From Bradymonadia bacterium (GTDB taxonomy: Bacteria > Myxococcota_A > Bradymonadia > UBA7976 > UBA1532), in the NCBI GenBank assembly GCA_046290225.1, contig JBKAGE010000046.1, positions 1-64,000 of the forward strand: a DNA stretch of 64,000 nucleotides. Reading direction: 5' to 3'. The notes beneath the pieces were generated by a model. It ran no database searches, was not told the origin of the DNA, and saw only the letters and a list, made by a program, of their open reading frames with translations. Both the position numbers and the translations under genes were made by a program. The number at the start of each line of letters is the position of its first letter. Position 1 is the first letter of the stretch. Positions 41,112-50,679 of this stretch are shown piece after piece.

Positions 41112-42527
41112 TTACCCTTGAGGCGAGAACACGAAGGGGAAGGCGAAGTTGATGGAGCCACCGTCGGGCCGCGGGAAGCGCATGCGCTTGAAGCGACCCA
41201 TGAGGCACTTGCCCAGCTCGGGGCTGCCGGTGGAGTTGCTCTTCACCTTGGCGCTGCCGACGCGACCGCTCTCGAGAATCTCGAACTGCACGACCACCTT
41301 GCCGGCGAGCTTGTTGTTCTTCTTGAGCTGCTGCTCGTAGCAGCTCTTGAGCGCACCCGAGCGACGCTTGATGACCTTGGCCACCTTGCCGGCGTCGAGA
41401 GAGCCCAGACCGAACTCGGAGTCAGCCTTCGCTGCCACCTTGATGCGGCCAGAGACCTTCTTCTCGGCCTTCCTCGAGGTGGGCCCCTTGGCCACCTTGC
41501 GACCACCGAGGAGCTCGCTGTTGCTCACAGAGGCGGCCTCACCAGCACCGGCTTTGCCGATGCGGCTTCGGGTGTCACGGCCAGCACCAGGTGCTTTGGC
41601 CATGGCCACACCCGTGGCACCGTCGAAGGCATCTTTCAACGCCACGTTGGTGGCGCCGTCGGTGAGGCTGTCGACGATGGAGCCTGGGCCGTCACCGCCC
41701 ATGGTGCCGAGCTGGCTGAGCACGGTCTTGCTGCGCACGTTCTTGCGCATGGCCTGGAACTTCTTCTCTTCGGCCCGGGCCTGCTTCTCGACCTCTTTCT
41801 CGGGCTTGGGGTCTTTCTTCGCCACCTTGGGCTTCTCGACCTTGCGCTTCACCTTCGGCACAGGCTTCTTCTCGACCACCTTCTCCTCAGGCTCTTCCTT
41901 TTGAGGCTTCTCGGGCTCCTCAATGGGCTTCACCTCGGGCTTCTTGATGTCGAGCACCTCGACGAAGCGATCAGGCAGCGCATCGATGCCCTTGGGGGCC
42001 TCAGGGTAGTCCTGGTTCACCATGAAGAGCACGGAGAACACCTGGACCACCATGCTGGCCATGAGGGTGGTCACGAAGGGCCAGTCGAGGCTCTTCATCA
42101 TGCCACCGCGGACCGAGGCCGGCAGCTGCAGCCGCGAGGGCGGCGGCGGTGGGGTCACAAACTGGAAGAGCAGAGTGACCTCGCCGATGACGATCTTGCC
42201 TCGGCTGCGCTCTGACAGCTTCAAGCTGTAGTGCTCACCTCGCTTGGTGGCGAGGTTGCGGCCCTTCAGTGCATCAAAATCGAGGACTGCGTCGTCGACT
42301 GAGACGCGCCCCTCCATCTCACCCTTGAAGTTGAGGTGGTAGACACCCCCCTTCAACTCGAAGAGCGAGTAACTCCGAGGCAGGGAGCCCACAGGCAACA
42401 CAAAGGTGTTCTTGGGGCCCTGGCCAATGGTTACGCCTTCGCGCTTCCGAACCAGTCGCTCCTCGATCACCTTCGCGTTCTGGATGATTCCGATGCGAAG
42501 GATTTTGCGTTCGTTGTTGGACGCCAT
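41112..42527 (-). CDS. GltG-like protein (FHA-like N-domain, TM, Lys/Glu/Pro linker, AgmX/PglI TonB-like C-domain)
   Basis: VTIGQ..KNTF, single TM, IKR....LKSCYEQQLK....LAGKV.V.F.I..SG.V...C........RFP.P.GG......FPFVF. Confidence 0.85.
   Translation of the reverse strand: MASNNERKILRIGIIQNAKVIEERLVRKREGVTIGQGPKNTFVLPVGSLPRSYSLFELKGGVYHLNFKGEMEGRVSVDDAVLDFDALKGRNLATKRGEHYSLKLSERSRGKIVIGEVTLLFQFVTPPPPPSRLQLPASVRGGMMKSLDWPFVTTLMASMVVQVFSVLFMVNQDYPEAPKGIDALPDRFVEVLDIKKPEVKPIEEPEKPQKEEPEEKVVEKKPVPKVKRKVEKPKVAKKDPKPEKEVEKQARAEEKKFQAMRKNVRSKTVLSQLGTMGGDGPGSIVDSLTDGATNVALKDAFDGATGVAMAKAPGAGRDTRSRIGKAGAGEAASVSNSELLGGRKVAKGPTSRKAEKKVSGRIKVAAKADSEFGLGSLDAGKVAKVIKRRSGALKSCYEQQLKKNNKLAGKVVVQFEILESGRVGSAKVKSNSTGSPELGKCLMGRFKRMRFPRPDGGSINFAFPFVFSPQG
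41604..41759 (-). repeat. Partner copy of the 156-bp segment at 6626-6781
   Basis: Encodes FQAMRKNVRSKTVLSQLGTMGGDGPGSIVDSLTDGATNVALKDAFDGATGVA. Confidence 0.95.
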
Positions 42528-42681
42528 CTCCAGAATCCTTTCGACTTCCCCGATCAGGCCACTTCAAGGTGTGCCTTCAACGCTTCAGGTTATCCATCGG
42601 AACGGGTTGTAGCCACCTAAAGAACTGCGGTCCAGATGACCCTACCCACCCCCAACGCTGTAACTTCAGCCCTGAGCACCT

Positions 42682-42747
42682 AAATAAAAAGCCGGCATCT
42701 CACGCCTTATTCTTCTTTTTTAAGAAGAACAGGTGGGTGATGCCGGC
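42682..42747 (-). terminator. Long hairpin plus U-tract between the aglS-like and gltG-like genes
   Basis: GCCGGCATC...GATGCCGGC outer stem, inner TTCTTCTT/AAGAAGAA stem, followed on the minus strand by TTTTTATTT. Confidence 0.6.
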
Positions 42748-42858
42748 CCTTGCCTTGCCCTGCGCTTCGACCCGAAACGCTGCGACCCGAATTGGTCACA
42801 AGCAAGGTGGAGTGTGCCTGAGTCGTTTTTAACCGCTCAGCTTTAACCTCGCAGCGCT

Positions 42859-43440
42859 CTAACCTCGCTGTGCCCCCTTGAGCACAGCGAACTTGAACTT
42901 GGCGAACTCTGCCTGACCTGCGGTGTACAACACCTCGGTCAGGAGCCGGTAAGGCACCTTCCGGTCGGCGATGACCGTCAGCAGACCCTGGAACTTGCCG
43001 CCGCGCAGGGTGGCGATCTGCTTCTGGTTCGTTGCTTCTTTGTTCAACGCTTCAAAAAGCGGTTCGATCCGAAGAGCGGTTTCATCACCGGCTTTGTAGA
43101 CCTTGTCCACCATGCCGTCCTTGATGGAGACCACCTCTTTGTCGGAGACGATGATCGACTTGCCCGTGATGACCACAGCAGCACTCTGCTCCGGGTTGAT
43201 GTCCGTGGTGGACGCCGGCAGCTGCAGGTCGGGGAAGTCGACCTTCAACGGATCGACGGAGTAGTTGATGAGCAGGAACACCAGGATGATGGTCATGGCG
43301 TCCATCAACGAGTTGATGGTCAGCCCACCCTCTGCTGCGGGGAGGCGACGACCACGACGCTCCTGGCGCTTACGGGCCTGCTCGTTGGCCAGCCACTCCT
43401 GGATGACTTCTTCTCGAGTCTTTGGCTTCTGATCAGACAT
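42859..43440 (-). CDS. ExbD/TolR family protein (AglS-like)
   Basis: L.INSLMDAMTIILVFLL TM with Asp47, LP.S, IADRKVPY.LL.EVLYTAGQA. Confidence 0.9.
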   Translation of the reverse strand: MSDQKPKTREEVIQEWLANEQARKRQERRGRRLPAAEGGLTINSLMDAMTIILVFLLINYSVDPLKVDFPDLQLPASTTDINPEQSAAVVITGKSIIVSDKEVVSIKDGMVDKVYKAGDETALRIEPLFEALNKEATNQKQIATLRGGKFQGLLTVIADRKVPYRLLTEVLYTAGQAEFAKFKFAVLKGAQRG

Positions 43441-43502
43441 TGATCTCTCTTACTTTCACCAGGGGGCCTTACAGAAAGAAGGGCTGAAAAACCTGCCCTC
43501 GC

Positions 43503-44114
43503 TCACTGCGCAACAGATAGGACCACGTCAGGCCACAAAAGTTCCTGCTGGCTGTCTTTTTGCTTCGGCTTTGCTGACTGGAACGCGGCGAGATCGTCGT
43601 AACGCTGCCCCTCGAGACGCAGTCGGAGCACGTCCATCGTCTTGATGACGAACTGGTACTCGGTCTTGGCGTCTGCGGTGAGCGTGACGATGTTCTCGTT
43701 GGGGTGCATATCCTTGATGGCCACCATCTTGTTGTAGAGCTCGACGAAATTGTAGTTCCCGTTCGAGTCCTTGGGGATGGTGGGGCCTTGCTGCTCTGTA
43801 GGCTCAGGCGGCGGGGCCGTGGGATCGAAGTTCTCGGGGCCGGTGATCCCAGGGATCACCACTGAGGCGCTCAGACGGAAGCCGTCTTCTGCGAGTGCCA
43901 CGGTGAGGTTGAGCGGCTTCTCGTCGCTCTCCACCGCCTCGGACTTGCCCATACCAAACTTGGGGGTGTTGACGTTCACCACACCGAGCTGAACGAAGGA
44001 GGCCCCGAACAACACCATCGGGATGAGGCACACCACCAGGTTCATGATGGGCACCAAGTTCAGATCTTCGATCTCGGTGTCGACTTTCTTTTTGGCTGAC
44101 GGACGTCGGGCCAT
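43503..44114 (-). CDS. ExbD/TolR family protein (AglQ-like) with Asn at the conserved TM Asp position
   Basis: LNLVPIMNLVVCLIP TM, AD....Y..VI..MD..R, C-terminal LWPDVVL; GAGGAG RBS. Confidence 0.85.
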   Translation of the reverse strand: MARRPSAKKKVDTEIEDLNLVPIMNLVVCLIPMVLFGASFVQLGVVNVNTPKFGMGKSEAVESDEKPLNLTVALAEDGFRLSASVVIPGITGPENFDPTAPPPEPTEQQGPTIPKDSNGNYNFVELYNKMVAIKDMHPNENIVTLTADAKTEYQFVIKTMDVLRLRLEGQRYDDLAAFQSAKPKQKDSQQELLWPDVVLSVAQ

Positions 44115-44249
44115 GGTCAGGTGCTCCTCAGAGGATGCAGGTCCGTGATTTGGGGTGTGATGCGGGGACGATGACTCTCAGGCACGAGGCCCAAACGTCA
44201 CAAGGGGCGCCCCGCCTCAGGCCACCCCTCTCTCAGACAGTGAGATTGC

Positions 44250-44903
44250 TCAGCGGTTCTCGCCGGCGCCGCCGTGGAGCCGGGAGATGAGCAGGTTCTC
44301 GAGCTTGACCGAGTACTGGTCGATCTCGTCGATGATCTTCTTGGTCACCGAAGCGAGGAAGACCTGAGCGGCCAGACAGGGGATGGCCACGATGAGGCCG
44401 AAGGCGGTGGTGTTCATGGCCACGGAGATACCGTTGGCCAGGAGACGCTGACGATCCTCGGGGGGAATGCCTTCCTTCGCGAGGGCGTCGAATGCGCCGA
44501 TCAGACCGATAATCGTACCGAGCAGACCGAGCAGGGTGGCGATGTTCGCGATCTGCTGGAGCACCGTGGTGCGCTTGGTGACGATGGGCACGATCTCCAG
44601 GGTGGCCTCTTCAACGGCGTTCTGGATCTCTTCGGGGCCCTTGTTGGCCCGAGTGAGGCCGGCCTTGATCACCTTGGGCAACGCAGCGGAAGGCGCGGCG
44701 TTGCACAGTTTGATGGCGCGGTCAATGTTGTTCGCCATCACGAGCTTCTGGATCTGAGCCATGAAGGCGCCGGCGTTGATGTTGTACTTGAAGTACAAAA
44801 AGATGAACCGCTCGATCATCACGCCGAGAGCGATGATGCTCATGAAAAGGATGGGGTGCATCCAGCCCCCACCCTTCTGGTAGAAATCCGCGACAACCTG
44901 CAT
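44250..44903 (-). CDS. MotA/TolQ/ExbB channel protein (AglR-like)
   Basis: GG.WM.PI...S......IER, IANIATLLGLLGTI.GLI.AF, GIS.AM.TTAFGL.VAIP; GGAGG RBS. Confidence 0.93.
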   Translation of the reverse strand: MQVVADFYQKGGGWMHPILFMSIIALGVMIERFIFLYFKYNINAGAFMAQIQKLVMANNIDRAIKLCNAAPSAALPKVIKAGLTRANKGPEEIQNAVEEATLEIVPIVTKRTTVLQQIANIATLLGLLGTIIGLIGAFDALAKEGIPPEDRQRLLANGISVAMNTTAFGLIVAIPCLAAQVFLASVTKKIIDEIDQYSVKLENLLISRLHGGAGENR

Positions 44904-45174
44904 TCGACGCTTCCTCCGGTCGGATGAAGAGGCTGTTCTGGGACCTGGCAAAAGCGAATTCTAGTAGAAGCCAGGCTGGGCAGATGTCAGTGCCCTTTGG
45001 TCAAACCCAGAGTCTCTCAACCCCTCGATAACTCAGTGATAATCTTTAAGTTTTTACGTGCATCTTGCGATACCCGCCACCTAATACCACTCTCTAGAAA
45101 CGGTGGTCCACAATTTTCTGAAGCAGGGAAGGATTTTGCCCCGGATCGGTGGATTCAGGTGGGGGTAAATGTAG

Positions 45175-45420
45175 TCAGAAGGGATCTTTTTCCACACTCT
45201 TGAGGATCAAAGGCAGGAAGCTCTTCTTTGGCTCCAAGTCTTTGAACTCCAACTCTCTACGCTGCAAGATATAGAACGCTTCGGGCTTTTGGATGATGCC
45301 TTCCACGACCATCTCGTCGAGGGTCACCACCGGCGCCGGACTCCGACGACGATTCTGTGCCTCGGCAGAAGAAACGCTCAACAGCGTGCCTGCACACACC
45401 ACATACATCCATGTACGCAT
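45175..45420 (-). CDS. Small secreted GltF/CglF-like protein
   Basis: AAGGAG RBS, signal peptide AEA-Q, LDEM.VEG.IQKP.A.Y.L.R...SF...I..SV, position after gltE-like. Confidence 0.7.
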   Translation of the reverse strand: MRTWMYVVCAGTLLSVSSAEAQNRRRSPAPVVTLDEMVVEGIIQKPEAFYILQRRELEFKDLEPKKSFLPLILKSVEKDPF

Positions 45421-45433
45421 GATTCAGACTCCT

Positions 45434-46912
45434 TCAGCCTTCGCCATCGGCCCCATCGGAGGGCTCTGAGGGCGCATCTTCGGTGGGGGCCTCTCCCCCA
45501 CCCTCCGCAGGCTCACCACCAGCATCTTCTGCTGATTCGGCACCACCCTCGGCCCCTGCCTCTCCTGACGACTCTACAGAGGGCGACTCTTCAGAGGGCG
45601 GCTCTTCAGGAGGCGGCTCGGGGGTCTTGGGCTGGTTGCGTTGAGCCTCTTTACGCTTTTGCTCCACCACGATGCGCTTGCGCGCCTCTTTGATGTAGCC
45701 CTCTACCCGAGTCCGCATGTCGCCGTCAGCCCTGGGCATGTACTGTTCCAGGTAGCGTACGGACTGGTTGAGCCGCATCTCCGGATCCATGTCGGGGACC
45801 GCAGCATCGAGGTAGAAGATGCCCAGATTGTAGAGCACCTTGGGCTCCGCTGGGGCAAGGGACTCGGCTTTTTTAAGCGCCTGGAGGGCCTCGGTGAACT
45901 TCTGCTGGCCCTTGAGGGCGTTGCCGAGGTTCACGTGGGCCGGCAACATGTCGGGCCACCGCGCGATGGCCTTGCGGAACTGCTCTTCAGCCCCAGGAAA
46001 GTCGCCTGCCTTGGCGTAGATGAGGCCCAAGTTGTTGTGGGCCTCGGGGCCAGCGCCGCCTTCTTGCTGGACTGCCCGCTCCAGGGCGAGCTGGGTGTTG
46101 ATGTCCTCGCCCATCGTCTGGTGGGAGAGCGACATACGGTAGTCGATGTCGGGATCATCCCCACGCAGGGCCTTGGCGTTCTTCAAGATGGCCACGGCGA
46201 GCTCGTGCTTGCCCTGCTTGGCATAGGCGCCGGCGAGGATCTTCATCGCGTCGACGTTGCGCTCGTCTCGCCGCAACACCTGCTTGCACGAGGTGATGAC
46301 CGTCTCGGGGTTCCCGAGCTCGAGACGCACATGGTTCACGGCGTTGGCGAGGCCGTTGCTTTCGGGATCACGAGCGGCGGCGGCTTCGGCATAGCGCAGG
46401 GCCCCCGAAGAGTCACCCTGACGCATCATCAGGTTGGCGATGCCGATGACCGCAGGACCAAAATCGGGCCGCACCTGCAAGGTGGCCTCGTATGCGCGAC
46501 GTGCCCCCCCGTAGTCGCCCTGCCACTCTTTGAGCACGGCGAGGTTGTAGAGGGGCTCCGCAAAGCCCGGATCGGACTGGGCGGCCTCTTCGAATCGGGC
46601 CCGGGCGCTGTTGAGATCGCCACTCGCAGCAGATCGCTTGCCCTCTTCGAGCATGGCGAGAGCGACGTCGCGCACCTTGGGGGCTTCGTCGACCTTCTGC
46701 TCGGGGATCTCGGTGGCGCCTGCGGCCTCTGGAGGCTTCTCCGCAGGCGTCGTCGCGGGCTTCTCTGCGGTCTTGGGCGCTTCGGCCTTCGTCGCTTCGG
46801 GATCAGCAGTGCTGGTCTTGGTCTGCTGCCCACCACATGCGCTCAGGGCGCCGAGAAGCAAGATACCGCTGGCGAAGCGGACCACGTGAGAGGTGTGCGT
46901 GTCGTTGCTCAC
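45434..46912 (-). CDS. TPR lipoprotein (GltE/AglT-like)
   Basis: Lipobox LSA-C, TPRs (YNLAVL, HNNLGLIY, NLGNAL, YNLGIFY), acidic tail. Confidence 0.8.
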   Translation of the reverse strand: MSNDTHTSHVVRFASGILLLGALSACGGQQTKTSTADPEATKAEAPKTAEKPATTPAEKPPEAAGATEIPEQKVDEAPKVRDVALAMLEEGKRSAASGDLNSARARFEEAAQSDPGFAEPLYNLAVLKEWQGDYGGARRAYEATLQVRPDFGPAVIGIANLMMRQGDSSGALRYAEAAAARDPESNGLANAVNHVRLELGNPETVITSCKQVLRRDERNVDAMKILAGAYAKQGKHELAVAILKNAKALRGDDPDIDYRMSLSHQTMGEDINTQLALERAVQQEGGAGPEAHNNLGLIYAKAGDFPGAEEQFRKAIARWPDMLPAHVNLGNALKGQQKFTEALQALKKAESLAPAEPKVLYNLGIFYLDAAVPDMDPEMRLNQSVRYLEQYMPRADGDMRTRVEGYIKEARKRIVVEQKRKEAQRNQPKTPEPPPEEPPSEESPSVESSGEAGAEGGAESAEDAGGEPAEGGGEAPTEDAPSEPSDGADGEG

Positions 46913-49900
46913 TTCGATCCCTCCGGCGTCGCCACGGGCACTGCGGGGGCGTCTTCCTCTTCGGGGGTGGCCTCTGGCGTCTTCGGCGGCGTCACGGGCT
47001 CATCCTCGGGCTCCTCTTCTGGCGGAGGCGGAGGCGAGAGCAGTTGTGGCGCCACTCGAGGCTGACTGGCCATCACGGGATCAGCCCGCTTGAAGACGGG
47101 GTAGTCGCTGGGCTTGTACTTGTTGAGCGACTCCAGGATCCGCTGGGTCCACTCGCTGTTGACCTTGAACTCCTTCGCCTTCTGATAGGCGATCTCGTAG
47201 CGCTCCACGGCCTTGTCCTCGATGGGCAGGGCGATGTCCTCGAGCTCGCTTCGGTAGAGGTCTTCCTCGTCCATGCTGAAGCTGCTGGGGATCGGGGCGT
47301 CGTACAGGTCTTCGGCGAAGAGCTGGTAGATGTGGCCGAGCCGATAGAAGGCGGCGATGGTCCACTCCAGTGACTTGAACTGCGTGACCTCGGTGAACTT
47401 GCGCTCGAGATCCTTGATGCCCGCGAGCATCTTCTTGATGGTGCGGCCCTGGTTCTTCACCGAGCCGGTGAGCTTGAGGGCTTCGTACTGCTCGAAGTCC
47501 ATCTCCGCGAGCAAGAACGACGCCTTGGCAGGGTACTGCGACTCGAGGGTGCCCATGGGCATGGCCCGGGCGTTGAACTCGTTGATCACCTTCTGATAGG
47601 CCTTGCGGGCTTTGCGCTGGTTGCGCTTGCCAGCGTAGGTGTCGGCGATCTTCGAGAGGCACTCGATGACAAGGCCGTTGTTCTTCGGATCTTTGCCGTA
47701 GCGCTTGATGAAGCTCTCGTAGATGCGGATCTCGTTCTTGTCGTCACCGAGCTTCTTGTAGTTGAGCGCCGCCTGATAATAGGTCTTGGCGGTGTCTTCC
47801 CGCTCGGGGAACAGCTGGGCGTACCGCTGGAAGTTCTGCGCAGCCTCTCGATATTGCTGGTTCTGCTCCTGGAGCAGGGCAGCTTGGTACAGGGCGTCTG
47901 CCCGGTACTTCGAATCTTCGTACTTGCCCACAAGGGCGAGGTTGGTCTCGATGGCCCGCTCGAAGTCGTAGAACCGCTCGGCGTTGATCGCCACCCGGTA
48001 CAGGGCGTTCTCTGCGAACTCGCTGTCGGGGTAGTCCTTGTAGATGCGCTGATAGGTGTTCGTCGCTGATTCGAACCGACGGGTCTTCTCGAAGGCCACA
48101 GCGGCGTTGTTCAACGCCCGGTCGGCGTACTTGTTCTCGGGGTTCTCGTCGACGAGGCGGATGTACTCCTCGGCGGCCCGCTCGTACTTCTCGTCGTTGA
48201 AGAGCTTCTCGGCCTGCTTGAACAGCGCCCCCACCTTCAGCCGCTTGATCTCGCCCCGGAGCACATCGCGCTCTTCTTCGCTGCCGATGTTGGCGTTGGC
48301 GATGATCTCTGACCACTCGGCCATCTTCTTCCAGTCGTTGGTCGCCCGGTACGACTGGATGATATTGTTGGCGGCGATGCTGGTGACACTGGCCTTGGGG
48401 TAGTTCTCGATGAGCCAGCTGAACCATGCCCGGGCTTTGTCGTAGTGCTTGTAGTCGAAGTAGGTGTCGCCCATGTCGAAGGCGATGCGGGCCCGCAGCG
48501 TCGGATCGTCGGGGTTCACCAGCTCGCGCTTGACGTACACCTCTCGATCCGTCTGCAGGTTCATCACCACTTCGGGGATCTCTTCAGGCTCGACGACGAT
48601 GATGCCGTCGGTCTCCTCGTCGGGCACGGCGGGGGGCTCAGCGTCTGCTGGGGCCTTGGCGTCGGGGCCCAGCAACGAGAGCTTGGGCTCGATCTCATTC
48701 CGGGCGATGGCCTCGCGTACGGCGTTCTGCCACGCGAGGATCGCCGAGGTGCCGCTGTCTTCGGCGTACTTTTCACCAAGCTTCGAGTCTCGGACCTGGG
48801 CGTACTGCTTTGCCGCCTCGGGGTACCGAAACGAGTAGTAGAGACACTCAGCGTAGAAGTAAGCGAGCTCGTAGGTGTTGTCGGACTTCGGGTACCGATC
48901 GAGATACTTCTCGTATGCGGTGGCCGCCTGCTCGTACTCACCGATGAACTCATCGGTCCTCTCAGGATCGCCCCCTGTGGCGGCTTTGAGATCCTGGGCC
49001 CGGGTGTGGTGGTAGGTGGCGGCCTGAATCAATGCCTGCTCAGCAAGACTCTCCGCCACCTCGAGGGCCTTCCCGGAGTTCTCGTTGGCTTTGTACCAGG
49101 CGCTGCCCTCACCATAGTTGTCGGCGAGCGCGTCACGCTCGGCGAAGGCCTTGTCGTATTCCTGCAAACGCTCGTACGCCAGGATCATCTGGTTGTGCAG
49201 CTCGGGGTTGTCGGGGTTCTCCGGGAACCGATCGAGCAAGAACCGGATGGCGGCGATGGACTCCTGGTACTTGGCGTTGTCGAAGTAGATGCGAGCCAGC
49301 TCTTTGAGGACCTCGACCTCATAATCCTTCTCACCGCTGAGGAACCGCAGGGCCCGGTCGAACCCGCCGTCTGCATCTGCTTCACCGTCGCCGTCCCAAT
49401 CTTCTTCTTGAAGTGAGATGGCGAGGTACAAGATGGCTTCGCCGCGCAGCTCGGTGGCCTTCTTCCCCGTACGCGCTTCGCGATCGTCAGCGTATTCGAT
49501 GAGGGTCTTGAAGCGGTCGATGGCCTTCTCGTACTGGTCGTCGCGGTAGTAGGTCCAGGCGAGCTTGTAGAGGCCCTTGTCGAAGTAGACGCTGTCCTTG
49601 AACTCCATCACCTTCAGATAGGCGGCGATGGCTTTGTCGAGCTGGTTGTAGTCGAAGTAGTACTCGCCGATGCGCATGTACGACTCGGGCACGAACTGGC
49701 TGTCGGGCATGCGCTGCACGAGGGCGAGGAACTGGTCGAGGGCTTGGCGATCTTCGCCCATCTCCAGCAGGCAGTACCCCTTGAGGTAGTACGCCCCGTC
49801 GATGTTGCTGTACCCGGGCCAGTTGTTGATGAGCCGCTCGAAGAGCGCGATGGTCCGCAGATAGTTCTGCTTGGGCTCGACGGGCTCGACCTCGAGCTTG

Positions 49901-50679
49901 CCGTCTTCAAAGGCGAGCATCTGCTCGTCGAACCGCTCCAGCGCCGAGATGTAGCTGTCGTTCGACTTCTCGAAGTGCAGCTCGGCGAGACGGAAGATGG
50001 CGTTGGGGGTGTGGGTCTTGTGGTTCGGGTACTTCGCCAGGAACTCTTCGAAGCGCCCAATGGCATCGTCTCGGCGACGACGCTCTTCTTCAACGAGCTG
50101 ATCGACGAGGGCAGCATACTGAGAGCGAATGCCCTCACGGCGGCGCTCATATTGGAACTGCACCATGCGGGTCACGTCGCGCCGGTAGGCCTCGGTCTCC
50201 TGCTCGAAGCCTGCGAGCTCTTCGATCATCTCCGCGAGATCTGCAGGGATGCTGGGATCGCGCTCGGTGATGGCGGGTACGTCAGGTGCGGGCTCTGAGG
50301 CCTCGCTCTGTGCCGAAGCCTCTGCTGCAGCCGCTGCAGCCTTCAGAGGGTTGGTGGGCTCAGCGCCTTCCTCTTCTGCCTTTGGGGGTGCCTCAGCAGC
50401 GGACTCTGCGCTTTCTCCCTGGGCCGCTTCACCCTCAGCAGCGGGCTCCGCGGGGGCCTCTGCTGAAGATGGGGCCGCGGCAGGCGTCTCGGTGGCGCCG
50501 TCAGCGGGTGTGTCAGCGGGTGTGTCAGCGGGTGTGTCAGTGGGCGCCTCGTCGGCGGCCCCCTCTGCGGGCTGATCCGGGGGGTTCTGGGCGACCGCCG
50601 GGCTCAGCGCAAAAAACAGTGCCCCAGCACACAGCCAGGGCCACCGCTTGCCTTCTTGTCTGCCAGTTCGCCTAGTCAC
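46909..50679 (-). CDS. Very large periplasmic TPR protein (GltD/AgmU-like)
   Basis: Signal peptide, acidic linker, FRLAELHFE, RIGEYYFD, YKLAWTYY, C-terminal AAFYRLG.IY..FAE.L..AP.P....E...Y...L...A.P.E..A...Y..A. Confidence 0.85.
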   Translation of the reverse strand: MTRRTGRQEGKRWPWLCAGALFFALSPAVAQNPPDQPAEGAADEAPTDTPADTPADTPADGATETPAAAPSSAEAPAEPAAEGEAAQGESAESAAEAPPKAEEEGAEPTNPLKAAAAAAEASAQSEASEPAPDVPAITERDPSIPADLAEMIEELAGFEQETEAYRRDVTRMVQFQYERRREGIRSQYAALVDQLVEEERRRRDDAIGRFEEFLAKYPNHKTHTPNAIFRLAELHFEKSNDSYISALERFDEQMLAFEDGKLEVEPVEPKQNYLRTIALFERLINNWPGYSNIDGAYYLKGYCLLEMGEDRQALDQFLALVQRMPDSQFVPESYMRIGEYYFDYNQLDKAIAAYLKVMEFKDSVYFDKGLYKLAWTYYRDDQYEKAIDRFKTLIEYADDREARTGKKATELRGEAILYLAISLQEEDWDGDGEADADGGFDRALRFLSGEKDYEVEVLKELARIYFDNAKYQESIAAIRFLLDRFPENPDNPELHNQMILAYERLQEYDKAFAERDALADNYGEGSAWYKANENSGKALEVAESLAEQALIQAATYHHTRAQDLKAATGGDPERTDEFIGEYEQAATAYEKYLDRYPKSDNTYELAYFYAECLYYSFRYPEAAKQYAQVRDSKLGEKYAEDSGTSAILAWQNAVREAIARNEIEPKLSLLGPDAKAPADAEPPAVPDEETDGIIVVEPEEIPEVVMNLQTDREVYVKRELVNPDDPTLRARIAFDMGDTYFDYKHYDKARAWFSWLIENYPKASVTSIAANNIIQSYRATNDWKKMAEWSEIIANANIGSEEERDVLRGEIKRLKVGALFKQAEKLFNDEKYERAAEEYIRLVDENPENKYADRALNNAAVAFEKTRRFESATNTYQRIYKDYPDSEFAENALYRVAINAERFYDFERAIETNLALVGKYEDSKYRADALYQAALLQEQNQQYREAAQNFQRYAQLFPEREDTAKTYYQAALNYKKLGDDKNEIRIYESFIKRYGKDPKNNGLVIECLSKIADTYAGKRNQRKARKAYQKVINEFNARAMPMGTLESQYPAKASFLLAEMDFEQYEALKLTGSVKNQGRTIKKMLAGIKDLERKFTEVTQFKSLEWTIAAFYRLGHIYQLFAEDLYDAPIPSSFSMDEEDLYRSELEDIALPIEDKAVERYEIAYQKAKEFKVNSEWTQRILESLNKYKPSDYPVFKRADPVMASQPRVAPQLLSPPPPPEEEPEDEPVTPPKTPEATPEEEDAPAVPVATPEGSK
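50500..50540 (-). repeat. In-frame 12-bp tandem repeat encoding (DTPA)n in the GltD-like linker
   Basis: GTCAGCGGGTGT three times plus GTCAG. Confidence 0.9.
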
